From assembly GCF_006345805.1 (NCBI RefSeq), contig NC_043009.1, positions 68,076,001 through 68,140,000 on the forward strand: 64,000 nucleotides of DNA. The letters run 5' to 3'. Under the pieces are notes generated by a model that did no database searches, had not been told where the DNA came from, and was given only the letters and a program-made list of their open reading frames with translations. This document shows positions 28,839-41,495 of the stretch, in pieces. The first letter of the stretch is position 1, and every line of letters begins with the position of its first letter. The translations under genes were made by a program, and so were the position numbers. The DNA comes from Octopus sinensis. Lineage: Eukaryota.

Positions 28839-29222
28839 GGGAAGCACTCCGTCGGTTACGACGACGAGGGTTCCCGTTGATCCGATCAACGGAACAGCCT
28901 GCTCGTGAAATTAACGTGTAAGTGGCTGAGCACTCCACAGACACGTGCACCCTTAACGTAGTTCTCGGGGATATTCAGCGTGACACAGAGAGTGGCAAGA
29001 CCGGCCCTTTGAAATACAGGTACAACAGAAACAGGAAGTAAGAGTGAGAGAAAGTTGTGGTGAAAGAGTACAGCAGGGATCACCACCATCCCCTGCCGGA
29101 GCCTCGTGGAGCTTTAGGTGTTTTCGCTCAATAAATACTCACAACGCCCGGTCTGGGAATCGAAGCCGCGATCCTACGACTGCGAGTCTGCTGCCCTAAC
29201 CACTGGGCCATTGCGCCTCCAC
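28839..29222 (-). mobile_element. Young full-length tRNA-derived SINE with 13-bp TSD (same family as 26256-26643)
   Basis: Reverse complement of the 26256 copy, with TSD TTGTAACGAATAT at 28826-28838 and 29223-29235. Confidence 0.9.
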
Positions 29223-30598
29223 TTGTAACGAATATAACGATCATAACATAGATGTTTTTAGTTTTAGATAACATAGGCATAGGAGCAATGTTTAATTAAA
29301 TATGAGGTGAAGTCAAAAACTATACGTTCTCTTGTTTCGGTCGTTTATTGAGACAAAGGCAGGGGTTGAATAATTACATTTTGTCGAAAGTTGCGGATAA
29401 TGTCTGATTTCTCCTAGTTTATACTAAGAAAAATCCACTGTTGTAATCCTTAATGTTGAATTAAGTATAGTTTATAATGATAGAGAAGCAGGGGTCGCGG
29501 GCGCTTTCTGCCTTCTCCCATCTTTATCATCTTGTATTGTTATCATTCGCCTCATTAATGCCTTGTCCAGCCCGTAAAGCTATATATCTGTGTATTGCCT
29601 TTATGGCAAATGATATAAAATAAAGTCTAGTTTATAATAGTCACATTGCCTCGGCTTTTGTTTGTTGATTTATGTGCCGAACACACGTGATGTTAAGAAT
29701 TATTATATCAATGTTAGAGTCCTCCATAGTGTCATTATAATAATTTTTGATATATTCCATACATTAGTTGTTATCGTGAAGCCCTGAGCTTGTCATGAAA
29801 AACCAGCCCTATAATTAAAATTATCTCAACCGTAATACCGTATATAGTATTGCATTTTCTGGTGTGACTTTCTTTTTGAAGACGGTACATCCTGTTTTAA
29901 GGGACGCATGACTACAATTTCGAGAACGTCGAATGATTACGTAGAAGTCTTGTCGTTCGCTAACATATTAATTCCGGTTCTTGCTGACGCATTATATATC
30001 AGGCACACACTTGCCATTCCCCTTTGCTCTGTTTTCATTGGGCGACGAGATAATTCCGTAACTTCATGATAAGTATTGATTTATTAAAGACGAGGTTTGC
30101 GTCAGGTAACAATAGTCTTGCTATCGAAGTAGTATGATGGGTTGAAGCAAAAGCCTGCTCGCTTTTCTAGCATTCTGAAGGTGGATATATAATATTACCA
30201 GTGAAATACAGTAATTTTTCTATGGAGTAGTTATGTTTCAGTCTCATAATATATAACAGTGATTTGCTACTGAATTTTGCTTCAATTCAAGAAGGGCTGC
30301 TTATCAGCTTAATCAATCATTCTGATATATTTATGGTATTTCGTGCAAAAAAAAAAAATATATGTATAAATAAATAACAAAAAACAGAAAATGCTATACA
30401 TTTCATGTCAGACATATATGAAAACATGTCCATATTACACACACTATTTTCCTAAATTCCTACGTTACGTACATATGTATGTATGAATGTATGCGTGTAT
30501 GCATAAACACATACATATATATACATATTTATGTGCGTTAGCTGTGTTCATATATATGCATTTCTAAGCGCATGTATATATTATATATATATATATAG

Positions 30599-30633
<35 letters not shown>

Positions 30634-30675
30634 TGTATGTATGTATGTGTATGTATACGTACATACATATGTATA

Positions 30676-31550
30676 TACGTAGTTTGATAAATAAGTTGCC
30701 ATAGTAACGAAGCTAAAGCATGGAGAGTGAAGCCTCTTGACACAGATTGACCTTGAACCCTGCTTACTGTGCAAGCGCACTATGTTTTAACGTTGTAGCT
30801 CCCTTCCGCTCTTTACAGCTGTGCTTGGAAGGAAGGTGTGTCGCATGTGATCGTTGCATTGACCATAACAGAGAAAGTTGAGTAAAGAATATGTATGATA
30901 TTTTGCAAAGTTTTCAAAACGTTTTCATCTTTCCTGCTACAATCGAGGAGATCTTATGCAATTGAGACCCGAGTGTCTATTTGGTCAGTTGAAAGCAGTT
31001 TTTGCACAACTGGACAACTGACACGTTTCTCATATCCAACCATATCCAAATCTTCAGTAATAACGGACTGAACTAAACCGGAACTAATCCGCACATCCTC
31101 TGATAACTCACGGATGGTGATTCGACGATTCACAACTGCACACACATCTGCGATATTTTTTTTCAGTTCTACTGGTTGCGGGTCTTCCAGCATGTTCGTC
31201 AACATCGACATTTTTTTCGGCCATCTTAGAAACGTCGGAACCACTCGTACACTTGTGTGCGGCTCGTGCACACCTCTCCATACACTTTCTGCGACATTGC
31301 ATATGTCTCTGAGCAGGTATCGCCATGACAACTTTCTCTGTCTGTCTCTGTCATCACCAATGCGGCGATCACACGCTACACACCTTCCTTCCAAGCGCTA
31401 CTGAAAACAGCGAAAATGAGATACAACGTTAAAACTTAGTGCACATGTATAGCAGAGGTGAAGGTCAATCTGTGCCAATGGGCTTTACACTGTTTGCTTT
31501 AGCCTCGTTACTATGGCAACAGACTGGATACTTATTGATCATACCTCGTA
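30676..31550 (-). mobile_element. Internally deleted mariner with inverted terminal segments of about 200 bp
   Basis: TA-flanked ends (TACG..TTGATAAATAAG / CTTATTGATCATACCTCGTA). 30676-30870 is an imperfect reverse complement of about 31330-31550. The transposase remnant reads TQVYEWFRRF*DGR...HAGRPATSRT...NRRITIRELSEDVRIS. Confidence 0.85.
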
Positions 31551-33314
31551 TACAAACACACACACACACACACACATACACACACATATATATATATATA
31601 TACATATATATATACATATATATATATATACATATATATACATCTACATCATATACATACATATATATATACATATATATGTTTATATATATATATATAT
31701 TCACACACACACACATATATATATATACAAACACACACATATATATATGTATATATATATAAATACATATGTGTGTGTGTGTGTTTGTGTGCGTATGCGC
31801 GCGCATACACGAAAGCGTGTATAAGCTATTTCAGTCTTTACAGTATTGAGTTTGGCATAACTGAATAAGTTATTGCAAAAAGTGTTTATTCAGTAAAGAA
31901 AGCCACGGGGTCTTACATATCAACACGCACTAAACATTCACACACTCTTCTGCCATCAAAGTTAATTGCAAGTTGTAATCTACAAATGTATCTGATAAGC
32001 AATTAATTCATCAAAGACATCGTCCTAGTATAAAACATACAGCTTCGATACGTTGTTCAGCAATCAAAATATCGTTAAAAGCTTTGGTTGTGACTCTTTG
32101 TGACATTCTTTGGTCGTGTAAGTGAAAATATCGACACGAGATCCGAATCATTTAACGTTTCTTAGTTTTACTACGCATCTGTAAAAGCGCATATTCCACC
32201 AGTTATTGATTTTCAAATAAATTTATACTCTGAGGTTTTTACGTTCAGACGAACGATGAGCTGGACAAATATTCGAACGTTCTAGCAAGGGTCGCTCTGA
32301 GCAGTAGCTTGAGAAGTTTAAGATGAAAGCCACATTCCCACAAATAACCTCTATCGTCGTGGATAAAATAAAATATGTTTACTAATATATACTATGCCGG
32401 ATGTGGTGCGCCATAACTGGAAGGCTTTGCTTTGTTCATAAGTTGGTTCAGTGGGTTATAGAGACATCGTAATTGAACGTGTTGGGATAAATAATGATAT
32501 CTCATTTAATTGAGATATTTAGGTATCATTTGAAATAAATCTCCTGTCATTAAACATTGATTTTTAACTGTGAAATGTTAAGTAAATATTCATGTAATAC
32601 CAAGGAAGACAGCTTAAATGTATTAGGATAGAGGAAATAAACAGATTATTCTTCGACAGCTAAATGACATCAGTATATAGTGTCTGATTTAAATGAAAGT
32701 GTTAATTACATCGTAAGAATTTAGAAACTTTCGGGAGAACGTGAAATAATTCTTTTTTAATAGTAGAACTCGAAGCAGATAAATATCATATTGGGTTAAA
32801 AATTCTCTCGATAGAAAATTGGTTTTGACCTATTATTTACACGCTGTTATTTATAGCTTTATCTACTTCGGGTCCTGCCGTTAAGAAATAGTTTAGTAGT
32901 AGTAGTAGTAGTAGTAGTATAGCGATTCCCTACACCTGGCGACTGGAACCATTGAAACATTTCTGCAACAGGCATCCAACCCATGGGTCTGTATCTGTAG
33001 ATGTTGTTCAGGGGAATCTTACGAGGTCAAAGTACAAAATGGTGAATAATTTTGAACGTAGGTAGATGCGTTGACGTCCTCCACAAATAAATAATCATTG
33101 AATATTCATTGAATATAGAACACATACCATCTAAAACAGTATTCTTTATCCTGTCAGAAATCATTAAAAATTTTATCACAATTTTAAATCCGTAACTCTT
33201 TAAACTAGTATTACTGGTAAGGTTAACGTTAGAATTTCATGTAACTCTTATTAACATTGCAAGTCAATTTATAGCTAAAGGCGCAAATAGAAGGCAAATA
33301 TATTCTCTTCGGTA

Positions 33315-33705
33315 CAGTTCTATAAGAGATGAGGAATTATGTGCATTATTTACATTATTTACATTTGACGGATATTTGTCCTCATCTTGTTTATTGTTAA
33401 CACAACGCCATATACCTGTGGACATATGGTGTAGTGGTTAAGAGTGCGGGCTAATAACTCCAAGATTCCGAGTTCGATTCCAGGCAGCGACCTGAAAAAT
33501 AATGATAATAATAATGATAATAATAATAATAACATCGAAAAATGCTTTAGGAAGGAGAACCGAGGTTCGAAATATCCCCAAGACACATGATGAAAGCTGG
33601 AGGATATCTTAGCTGAAACGGTGTGTTAACAACAAACAAGATGAGGACAAATATCCGTCAAATGTAAATAATGTAAATAATGTATTCTCTTCAGAATCTA
33701 ATATA
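33315..33705 (+). mobile_element. 5'-truncated Penelope-like copy: inverted terminal piece, tRNA-like box, (AAT)n, mutated hammerhead
   Basis: Inverted ends of about 65 bp (ACATTTGACGGATATTTGTCCTCATCTTG / reverse complement). A box at 33427-33437, B box at 33470-33481. The hammerhead core is mutated (ATGATGA...GAAACGGT) at 33582-33627. Confidence 0.8.
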
Positions 33706-35298
33706 GTAGTTGATAGGATTTTGATTAAAAGGCAATATGTTAAATTGATAAATGAAAATGAAAGTCAGTCGATAAAATCATTTCCCCGCTGTATATGCTT
33801 TTATGTAATTTATACTTGGAGAGTACCGAAGAATTCGGTGTTCTAACAAAACGCCGACAGAATATAAAGTTTCCTTTTGGTAAATAGTACCAATTCCGTC
33901 ACCAATAATTATATAATATAATACTGATTTCAGTTTTTTGGCAATTATGGATGATGGGGAGAGTTAATTACATCGACCCCAGCGCTTAACTGGTATTTAT
34001 TTTATCGACTCCGAAAATTGAATGTAAAACGACCTCAGCGTAATTTGAACTCAGAACGCAAAGACAGGGGAACTAGCGCGTTCTAATGATTCTGCCAGTT
34101 CGTCGTTTTGCATATAATTAAAATTATATATTATCATGTTAATTTTATCTAAATTAATTGGATACCATTTTATGTCCCTTCGCTTTTCATTCCAATAATT
34201 CCAACAAGATAATCTAGCTAACCATATCGATTCTCACCCAACCTTAGCTTGTATGTATTACTATTCGCCCGTCGCTACGTTCCGAGTTCAAATTTTGCCG
34301 AGGTCGACTTTGCCTTTCATCCTTTCGGGGTCGATAAATTTAGTACCAGTGAACCTCTGGGTTCAATACAAATCTACTAGTCCGCTCTTGTAAAATTTCA
34401 GGCCTTGTGCCTTCAGTAGAACGGATTATCATTATCATCGTTGTTCATTTCTCTGTCCTAATTATTCATTTATGACATGCGTACGAAATCTCCCGGACAA
34501 TGAACTGAATCGACACTGAATGCTACAGAATCTATTGAATATAGAAGAACAAAAGAGAGAAGAAACGGAATGTCAATGTTGAACAGGTGAGGGTTCAACT
34601 TTAAAAAAAGTACAGGAACGAATCTAAATACAAAATGGTATTTTTTATCTAATGGAAATTAGTTATCGGTTTCGAACGCAGCCGAAAAGAAAAAGAAAAA
34701 GAGAAGAATGCTCGTGGTGGGTCACAGTTCATTAAGCCAAATATAAATCGTAAATGGTTCTAACTCTGTAGGCCACCGACACAATGGGATAAGATAATTA
34801 TCAATATCTTGTTTCAGTGCAAATCGCAAATTATAAATGCGGCTCGGACTATTTATTCGTTCCAAGATATGACTTTCATCTTTTTTTTTTATTGATTAGA
34901 AAAAAAAAGAGAAAGAAAAACTTAACCATAAATGGATTTTAATTCAACACGCTCAAACGTAAAATCATTAACTCATTTAGTTCAAGACCGAAGCCACGTG
35001 TGCCAGTCATCGGTCAAAGAACGAAGAGGCTGCCATATAAGTTGTATTAAATATTTTCAAGTGTTTAATATGTTGGAAAACAAATAATTTCATCTCATTT
35101 GCTCCGGATATCATAAAATATGTGGAAGAATCGGTGAATTCTCAAGTGGCTTCATTCATTGAATGTTATACTCCAAGACCCCAAAACTCAGAACGAACAT
35201 TTAATCGAAACAAGAGATCAAAGACAAGGGAGATCAATAAAATTGTGTACTTATATGTTTATGTTCGTGTATACATATGTATATATATATAATATATA

Positions 35299-35352
<54 letters not shown>

Positions 35353-35662
35353 ATGTGTGTGTGTGTGTTTGTGTATGTATGTATGTATATATATATATAT
35401 TATATATATATATATGAATATTAGAAGAAAATCGGAGGGTTTATATTTACAGATATTTATTTGTATATTACATGGAACTTAGTTTGATTTGAAAACCCCA
35501 CTAGAATGGGAGAAAGCGCTAATACATGATCTAAGTTATATGATGTATAAAAACATGTAATATACAAATAAATATCTGTAAATATCTGATTTTCTGAGTA
35601 CCTCATTTCTTCGAATATAAAATACCTGTACATCATCTCCAAACTTTCCAATATATATGTAT

Positions 35663-35709
<47 letters not shown>

Positions 35710-35711
35710 GG

Positions 35712-35885
35712 GAGAATTCACAAAAAAAAAGACGAAAGACGAAGACAGGTGGTGTAGAAAACAAACAGATGTATTAGTATAACGCTCAGGAATTGAAAAA
35801 ATCTTTTACGTTTCGAGCCTACGCTCTTCTACAGAAAGGGACACAGAAAGAAACAAGGAGAGAAAAAAATCTGTGTAGTGGCTAG
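35712..35885 (-). mobile_element. Penelope-type terminal fragment with degenerate hammerhead (CTGTAGA...GAAACGTA)
   Basis: Minus strand CTGTAGA-A-GAGC-gtag-GCTC-GAAACGTA. Core position A6 is replaced. Confidence 0.5.
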
Positions 35886-35945
35886 CGATCTATATATATA
35901 TACATACATACATATATATCTAGCGATCTATATATATACACACAG

Positions 35946-35978
<33 letters not shown>

Positions 35979-36996
35979 TATATATACGGTGGTACATTTG
36001 AAATTGACACTTGTACATACAAAAACAGACACGTATATACATACTTACATACATACATTCGTGCATACATACATACATAAATACATTGTGGGGATTCATA
36101 AAGCAATCTGAAATCTGTAGGTAATTCTAACTTTCTATGTGATTGGAACTGAGCCAAGAACATATCGATTTTGAAGCGTTTAGAGAAGCAAAATCTTTTA
36201 AAAAATGTTATCCTTTTCATCCACCGAGAAAAAAAAAGTAGAAAATTTATCATTTTATTCAAGTATTCTTATCTAGTTTTATATACACTTTTGTGTATTT
36301 TTATGGGTTCAGTTCCCTCGCTCGTACATCGATGAGGAACGAAATTTTCCAAAAACAAATTCTCAATAATTATTGGCAGCATAAATAATAAAAGAAAAAA
36401 ATGAAATTATTCAAAATAGACGCCAAAAATATATTTGTAATTATTTTATGAATAAAGTATTTTCATGAATAAAAAGTGTGAAGAATATATCCGGCAATGC
36501 TTCTCTCTCTTGCAAAAAATACAGAAAAGCCAGTGAAAATTCGTTGACAATTCGATCTCTGGACCTGTGGCTCACAAGTGGGGTCCACTTTGACGCAAGT
36601 AAAATTGGGGATCCACAATAATATTTTATGGGCCCACGAAAATCTAGGTTTAAGGTTTGTTTATTGCAAGTTTATTGCATGTTCCGTTCGAGAGTTCTAC
36701 AGCGAACCTACACAAGGGAACATATGAGAAACAAAATAGGAATTTTGAAAGACAGCAATAAAGTTAGCTTTTTAACATTGAATGGCTTTGGAGGTCAACC
36801 AGAATAAAATGATAGTCAAAGGGCTCCATAGGTGGGGGGGGGGTATTTAGGCACCACTGCTTTAGACTTACGGTAGACGAGGGTGAGGTATGTTGATGGT
36901 GCTCCTCAGAGGGGCAGAAGAGGCCAGTTTTTACGGCAGTTATGGGCAGCCCGTAGCCCGCGCAGTTTTCTAAACGTTGAATGCTTTGAATAGTGC

Positions 36997-37056
<60 letters not shown>

Positions 37057-37437
37057 CTATCTATCTAACAGACTCTCTGTCAGTCTGTCTGTATGCTTGC
37101 TTATATATCTGTACATATAAATTTTACATGGCCGATTCTTTCTTGTCTTGGAATTCACGGTCAAACGGTTGGATGGAATTACAAGAAAAATTACACAGAT
37201 ATGTAGTATGATCCCGTTGTGTTGCTGGTCTTTGTATTTTGTCATAGCTTCCACGGTTACCGAGATAATCTACTATAATAATACTCTAGTGTTTATGAAT
37301 GAGAAAGGAAGGGGTGATGTCATACTTGGTAGTGGGATGATGAAAATTGAACGCTGAAAAAATAAATCTAACAGCATTTCAACTCTGTGTGAATATGTGT
37401 GTGTGTATGTAAAAGGGTCTATGTGAATGTGTGTACA

Positions 37438-37469
<32 letters not shown>

Positions 37470-37499
37470 TGCGCGCGCGTGTGAATCGCTCGTATTTCA

Positions 37500-38420
37500 G
37501 CTTTGAATAATAGTTCAAATAACTTACACCCGAAAGGCATTTATTCATTAAATTATATCGCATCCTATTTTATTGTCTGTTGTTATTGTTGTGCTAGAAG
37601 CTCAATCCAGCGCTTGTACCATTCAGCTATTTTTGAGGCAAAAAATTTTTCCTTGCACCCATTTTTAACCTCATCCACATTGCTGAACATTCGTCCGTTC
37701 AGGAAATAAATCATGGCTGGGAAACGGTATAAATCTAATGGTGCAGGTAAGATACCACTTCCAGCTGCTCTGTTTGCGCTTGGTCACATTGGATGTGCAG
37801 AGAATTGTGCTTCTTCGATTGACGAATGTCGTGTGGCGGGCTTTCAAAGCTTCATATACTTGTTACATTTGTTGAGCGTAAAGGTTAACGTTCACAGCAT
37901 GACCTCCTAGGACAAGTTCGAAGTGCTACACCCGCTCGAAATTTCACCTTCTGTTCAAACTGCCCCTGTTTGACAACGGCTTCTGAAGCATAGCCCGAAT
38001 GAAGCCACTGGTTTATCATCTTAACATTACGAAAATAGATAAAGTTTTTTCATCACCAGTTACAATTCGACGTCAAAATCGGATATTTCAAGGATTTGCC
38101 AGCAGTTGTTTGCAAATGTTCACGCGTCGTTGAGTCTGGTCATTGGTCAGTTCACGAGAAACTTCCCAACAGCGTCTGTACAAAAGACTGAGCAAATGAA
38201 GGTAACGATTGATGGTGCTTTGTGAAGGACCAGGTTCTGCCGACAATGTATGCACGCATGCGCTTGGCTGTTGTTCTACAATTTCAAGTAAGGCTTCGTC
38301 TTCCACAACAGAAAATCTACCTGACCTTGGTTTGTTTTCGAGGTTGGTGTCACCTTCTTTGGACTGTCTGAACCAGCTTTGAACCACAGCTTCGTTGACA
38401 GTTGCTGGGGCTTTCACATC
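37500..38420 (-). mobile_element. Mariner transposase pseudogene (SETMAR/Hsmar-like)
   Basis: VVQSWFRQSKEGDTNLENKPRSGR...WEVSRELTNDQTQRR; HFELVLGGHAVNVNLYAQQM; FLNGRMFSNVDEVKN...FFASK..EWYKRWIE. It has stops and an internal deletion. Confidence 0.88.
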
Positions 38421-38545
38421 GTTAATTTATTCTGCTGCTGCCCTCATTCTCAGTGCTCCCCCCCCCCACCAAATGTAGCGTAAAATGGCTCTGGTTGCAA
38501 TTATTTTCAATGCTCATTATGAAGGTTGTAAATTATTTATAGCAT

Positions 38546-39167
38546 TGAAATTATATTGCGAAGAATCGAGAGACAGTCAGAAGCAGGATTTCGAATTGAA
38601 GCTGTTCACCGAATGTCGATGACTTTGCGATCATTTGTCACCGCTCAGGAGAAGAGATTTCCGTCTGAGAATCAACCAAGAATAAAGCGGCTGTCTTATT
38701 CAATGTCTTCATATGTTATGTGTTACAAATGAAAAAATAAAAAGAATAAGCAACTCGGCAACGATTGGGCAAGCTTTATCAAATTGATGATATATCACGA
38801 AGATACAAGTTGCCCGAAAAAACCATCAGTGAAAATCCGAAAAAACTTTCAACTCAACAAGGTATATAGATATATATGCAAGATGCAAGTGCGTGTGTGT
38901 GTGTGTTCGTGCATGTGTGTAAATGTAGTATAATGTCGTATGTAGTTAAACATAGTAATTTGTGCGCAGTGCTAATGAGTACTTTTATTACGTACAGTGT
39001 ATGAAGACATTGCATAAGACAGCCGCTTTATTCTTCGTTGATTCTCAGACGGAAGCCTCTTCTCCTGAGCGGTGACAAATGAGCGCAAAGTCATCGACAT
39101 TCGGTGAACAGCTTCAGTTCGAGATCCTGCTACTGACTGTCTTTCGCTTGTTGGCGATATAATTTCA
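38546..39167. repeat. Long inverted repeat (probable MITE): arms about 38571-38713 and 39000-39142
   Basis: By manual comparison there are about 8 mismatches in about 143 bp, around a spacer of about 285 bp. Confidence 0.9.
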
Positions 39168-39524
39168 TTACTGCAGATAACTGGCTTTTATCCCCACCCA
39201 GCAGCGACACCCACCAACACACTGTGTTCTCATCTATCATCAGACTTAAGGTGTGTGTGTGGTGGGGAGATTTTGTTTAGAATTTTACACAGCTGTACAC
39301 ACACACGTACACACACGCACACACACACGTACACACACGCACACACACACACTCACACACACTTGTAGCATTGTAACTCTTTTTTCTATTTCGCACTGTG
39401 CGCACGTGTGTGTGTCTACCTATGTATACATACATAGTACATACACGCACACATATGTATTAATATAGCTGTATACATACACAAACACAAATATATATAT
39501 GTGTGTGTGTGTGTATTTACTCAT

Positions 39525-39719
39525 TTTCTTGTTTCAGTCATTTGATTGCGGCCATACTGGAGCACCGTATTTAGTCGAACAAACCGACCCCGGGACTTAT
39601 TCATTGTAAGCCTAGTACTTATTCTATCAGCCTCTTTTACGGAACTGCTATGTTACGGGGACGTAAACACATCAACATCGGTTGTGAAGCGATGTTGGGA
39701 AGCCAAACACAGACACAAA

Positions 39720-39781
<62 letters not shown>

Positions 39782-39885
39782 CACGACGGACTTCTTTCAG
39801 TTTCTATCAACCAAATCCACTCCCAAGGCTTTGGTCGGCCTGAGGCTATAGTAGAAGACACATGCCCAAGGTACCACGCAGTGGA
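39525..39885 (-). mobile_element. tRNA-derived SINE (OR-like), head truncated
   Basis: Same conserved blocks as 23365-23785. Confidence 0.8.
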
Positions 39886-40207
39886 AGAAATATTTTGAAG
39901 AAATGATTATCTCTCTCTACACACTAAAAGGAACCGCAAATGTTTAGAACATTATAACGAAAGAATACGGCTGTAAAGACGGGTCGTTAGTAGCAATGTC
40001 AGAGGTCGCTATTCGTCTCCATTCGGTACTTTACCGATTCAATGCTTATTTAATTAATTTTATAGTTTAATACAATTCTTAAAACGTTTAATTCGTACCC
40101 ATTCTGTTTGCTTCATGTTTATCTGATACTTCTACATTAAAGATATTTGAAAAAGTATTTCAAAATATAGTTTACAAATATATATATATATCAATTTTTA
40201 TTAAGGA

Positions 40208-40604
40208 CTAGCAGTATCGCCCGGCGTTGCTCGGGTTTGTAAGGGAAATAACTATATAAGCATTTTTAGAGATGTAATGTATAATACCCATCTCAATATG
40301 GCTAACCACAAGGGGGGGGGGGTACTGTAGCTTTTTACGTTCTGAGATTTAATAATAAATTTTTAGAGAGTTACTTCCCTTATATATGCCAAAAATGTAT
40401 TAAAAATGGGAAAAATTGATGGTAAATTTTTTTCTAAAATCGTAGACTCATCGTAGACGCGCGCTAATACCCAGAAGGGCTCGATATGAATCACGACTAT
40501 AAGATACCCGGTTTGGGTTAAACTGCACCGCAAAATGTGGGAGTTGTTAAGAATCTAAATCGTAGGAGACAGACAGCACACAACCTCACTTTTATATATA
40601 AAGA
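40208..40604 (-). mobile_element. Non-autonomous Helitron
   Basis: On the minus strand: A|TC TTTATATATAAAAG ... hairpin CCCGAGCAACGCCGGG, then CGATACTG CTAG|T. These are canonical TC/CTAG ends at an AT target with no TSD. Confidence 0.85.
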
Positions 40605-41459
40605 TTTACACAAAAGGTATTAATGTTTCTTTATCACGGAACAGACGGCGGAATGGGATAACTTGTAAATATATTGTCATGATTTATTATACTTCATAGA
40701 TCCATTGAGCTTGCCGAGCCAATACGTTTTCATTTCTTGTTACTCTTTCTCGTGCGATAAAAATCTTTTCACATAATCATATTTTATACAACTTTTAAAA
40801 ACATATATCGTAATAATTATATTAAAACTTTAAAAAAATCCTTTATTTAGCTTGGTATGAATTATATGAAGGTACGGTTGTTGGGGAATGTAGCAAAGAC
40901 AGAATGTTTTCTGCTATCTATCTTTGCCTAATGGATTATTTTAGATTTTTCGAGGCAGATTAAAATCATTTTATAGTTTTAATAATTTTATAAAAGTTTT
41001 CAGTACGGAAATTATTGCCAAGTTATATATCGTATTTAATTTTCGTACTCGATTTTGACAAATACCAGACGATGATATAAATTGATAATTGCTCGTGAAA
41101 ATTTGTAGTGTTTGCATGTGTGTGTGGGGGTGGGTGGGTGTAAGAGTTTACAATTGTGTGTGGCTCTAGAGTTATTAAAGAAAAAGATGGCATAGAACGC
41201 TTACACATAGAATATAGAAAATTAGTTTTACATGTATCCTATCTATTTATCTCTCGGTCTGTCTGTCTGTCTGTCTGTCTGTTTATATCTCTATGTATCT
41301 ATCTACGTATCTGTCTGTCTGTCTGTTTGTTCATTCATCCATACATCCGTCCGTCTGTCTGTCTTATTTATCAATCCTTGTGTGAGAGTGCAAGCGCGTG
41401 CATGTGCGCGTATACTCATGTATGTGCATGTGCGTATCCCTGCGTGCGTGTGTTTGTGT

Positions 41460-41495
<36 letters not shown>

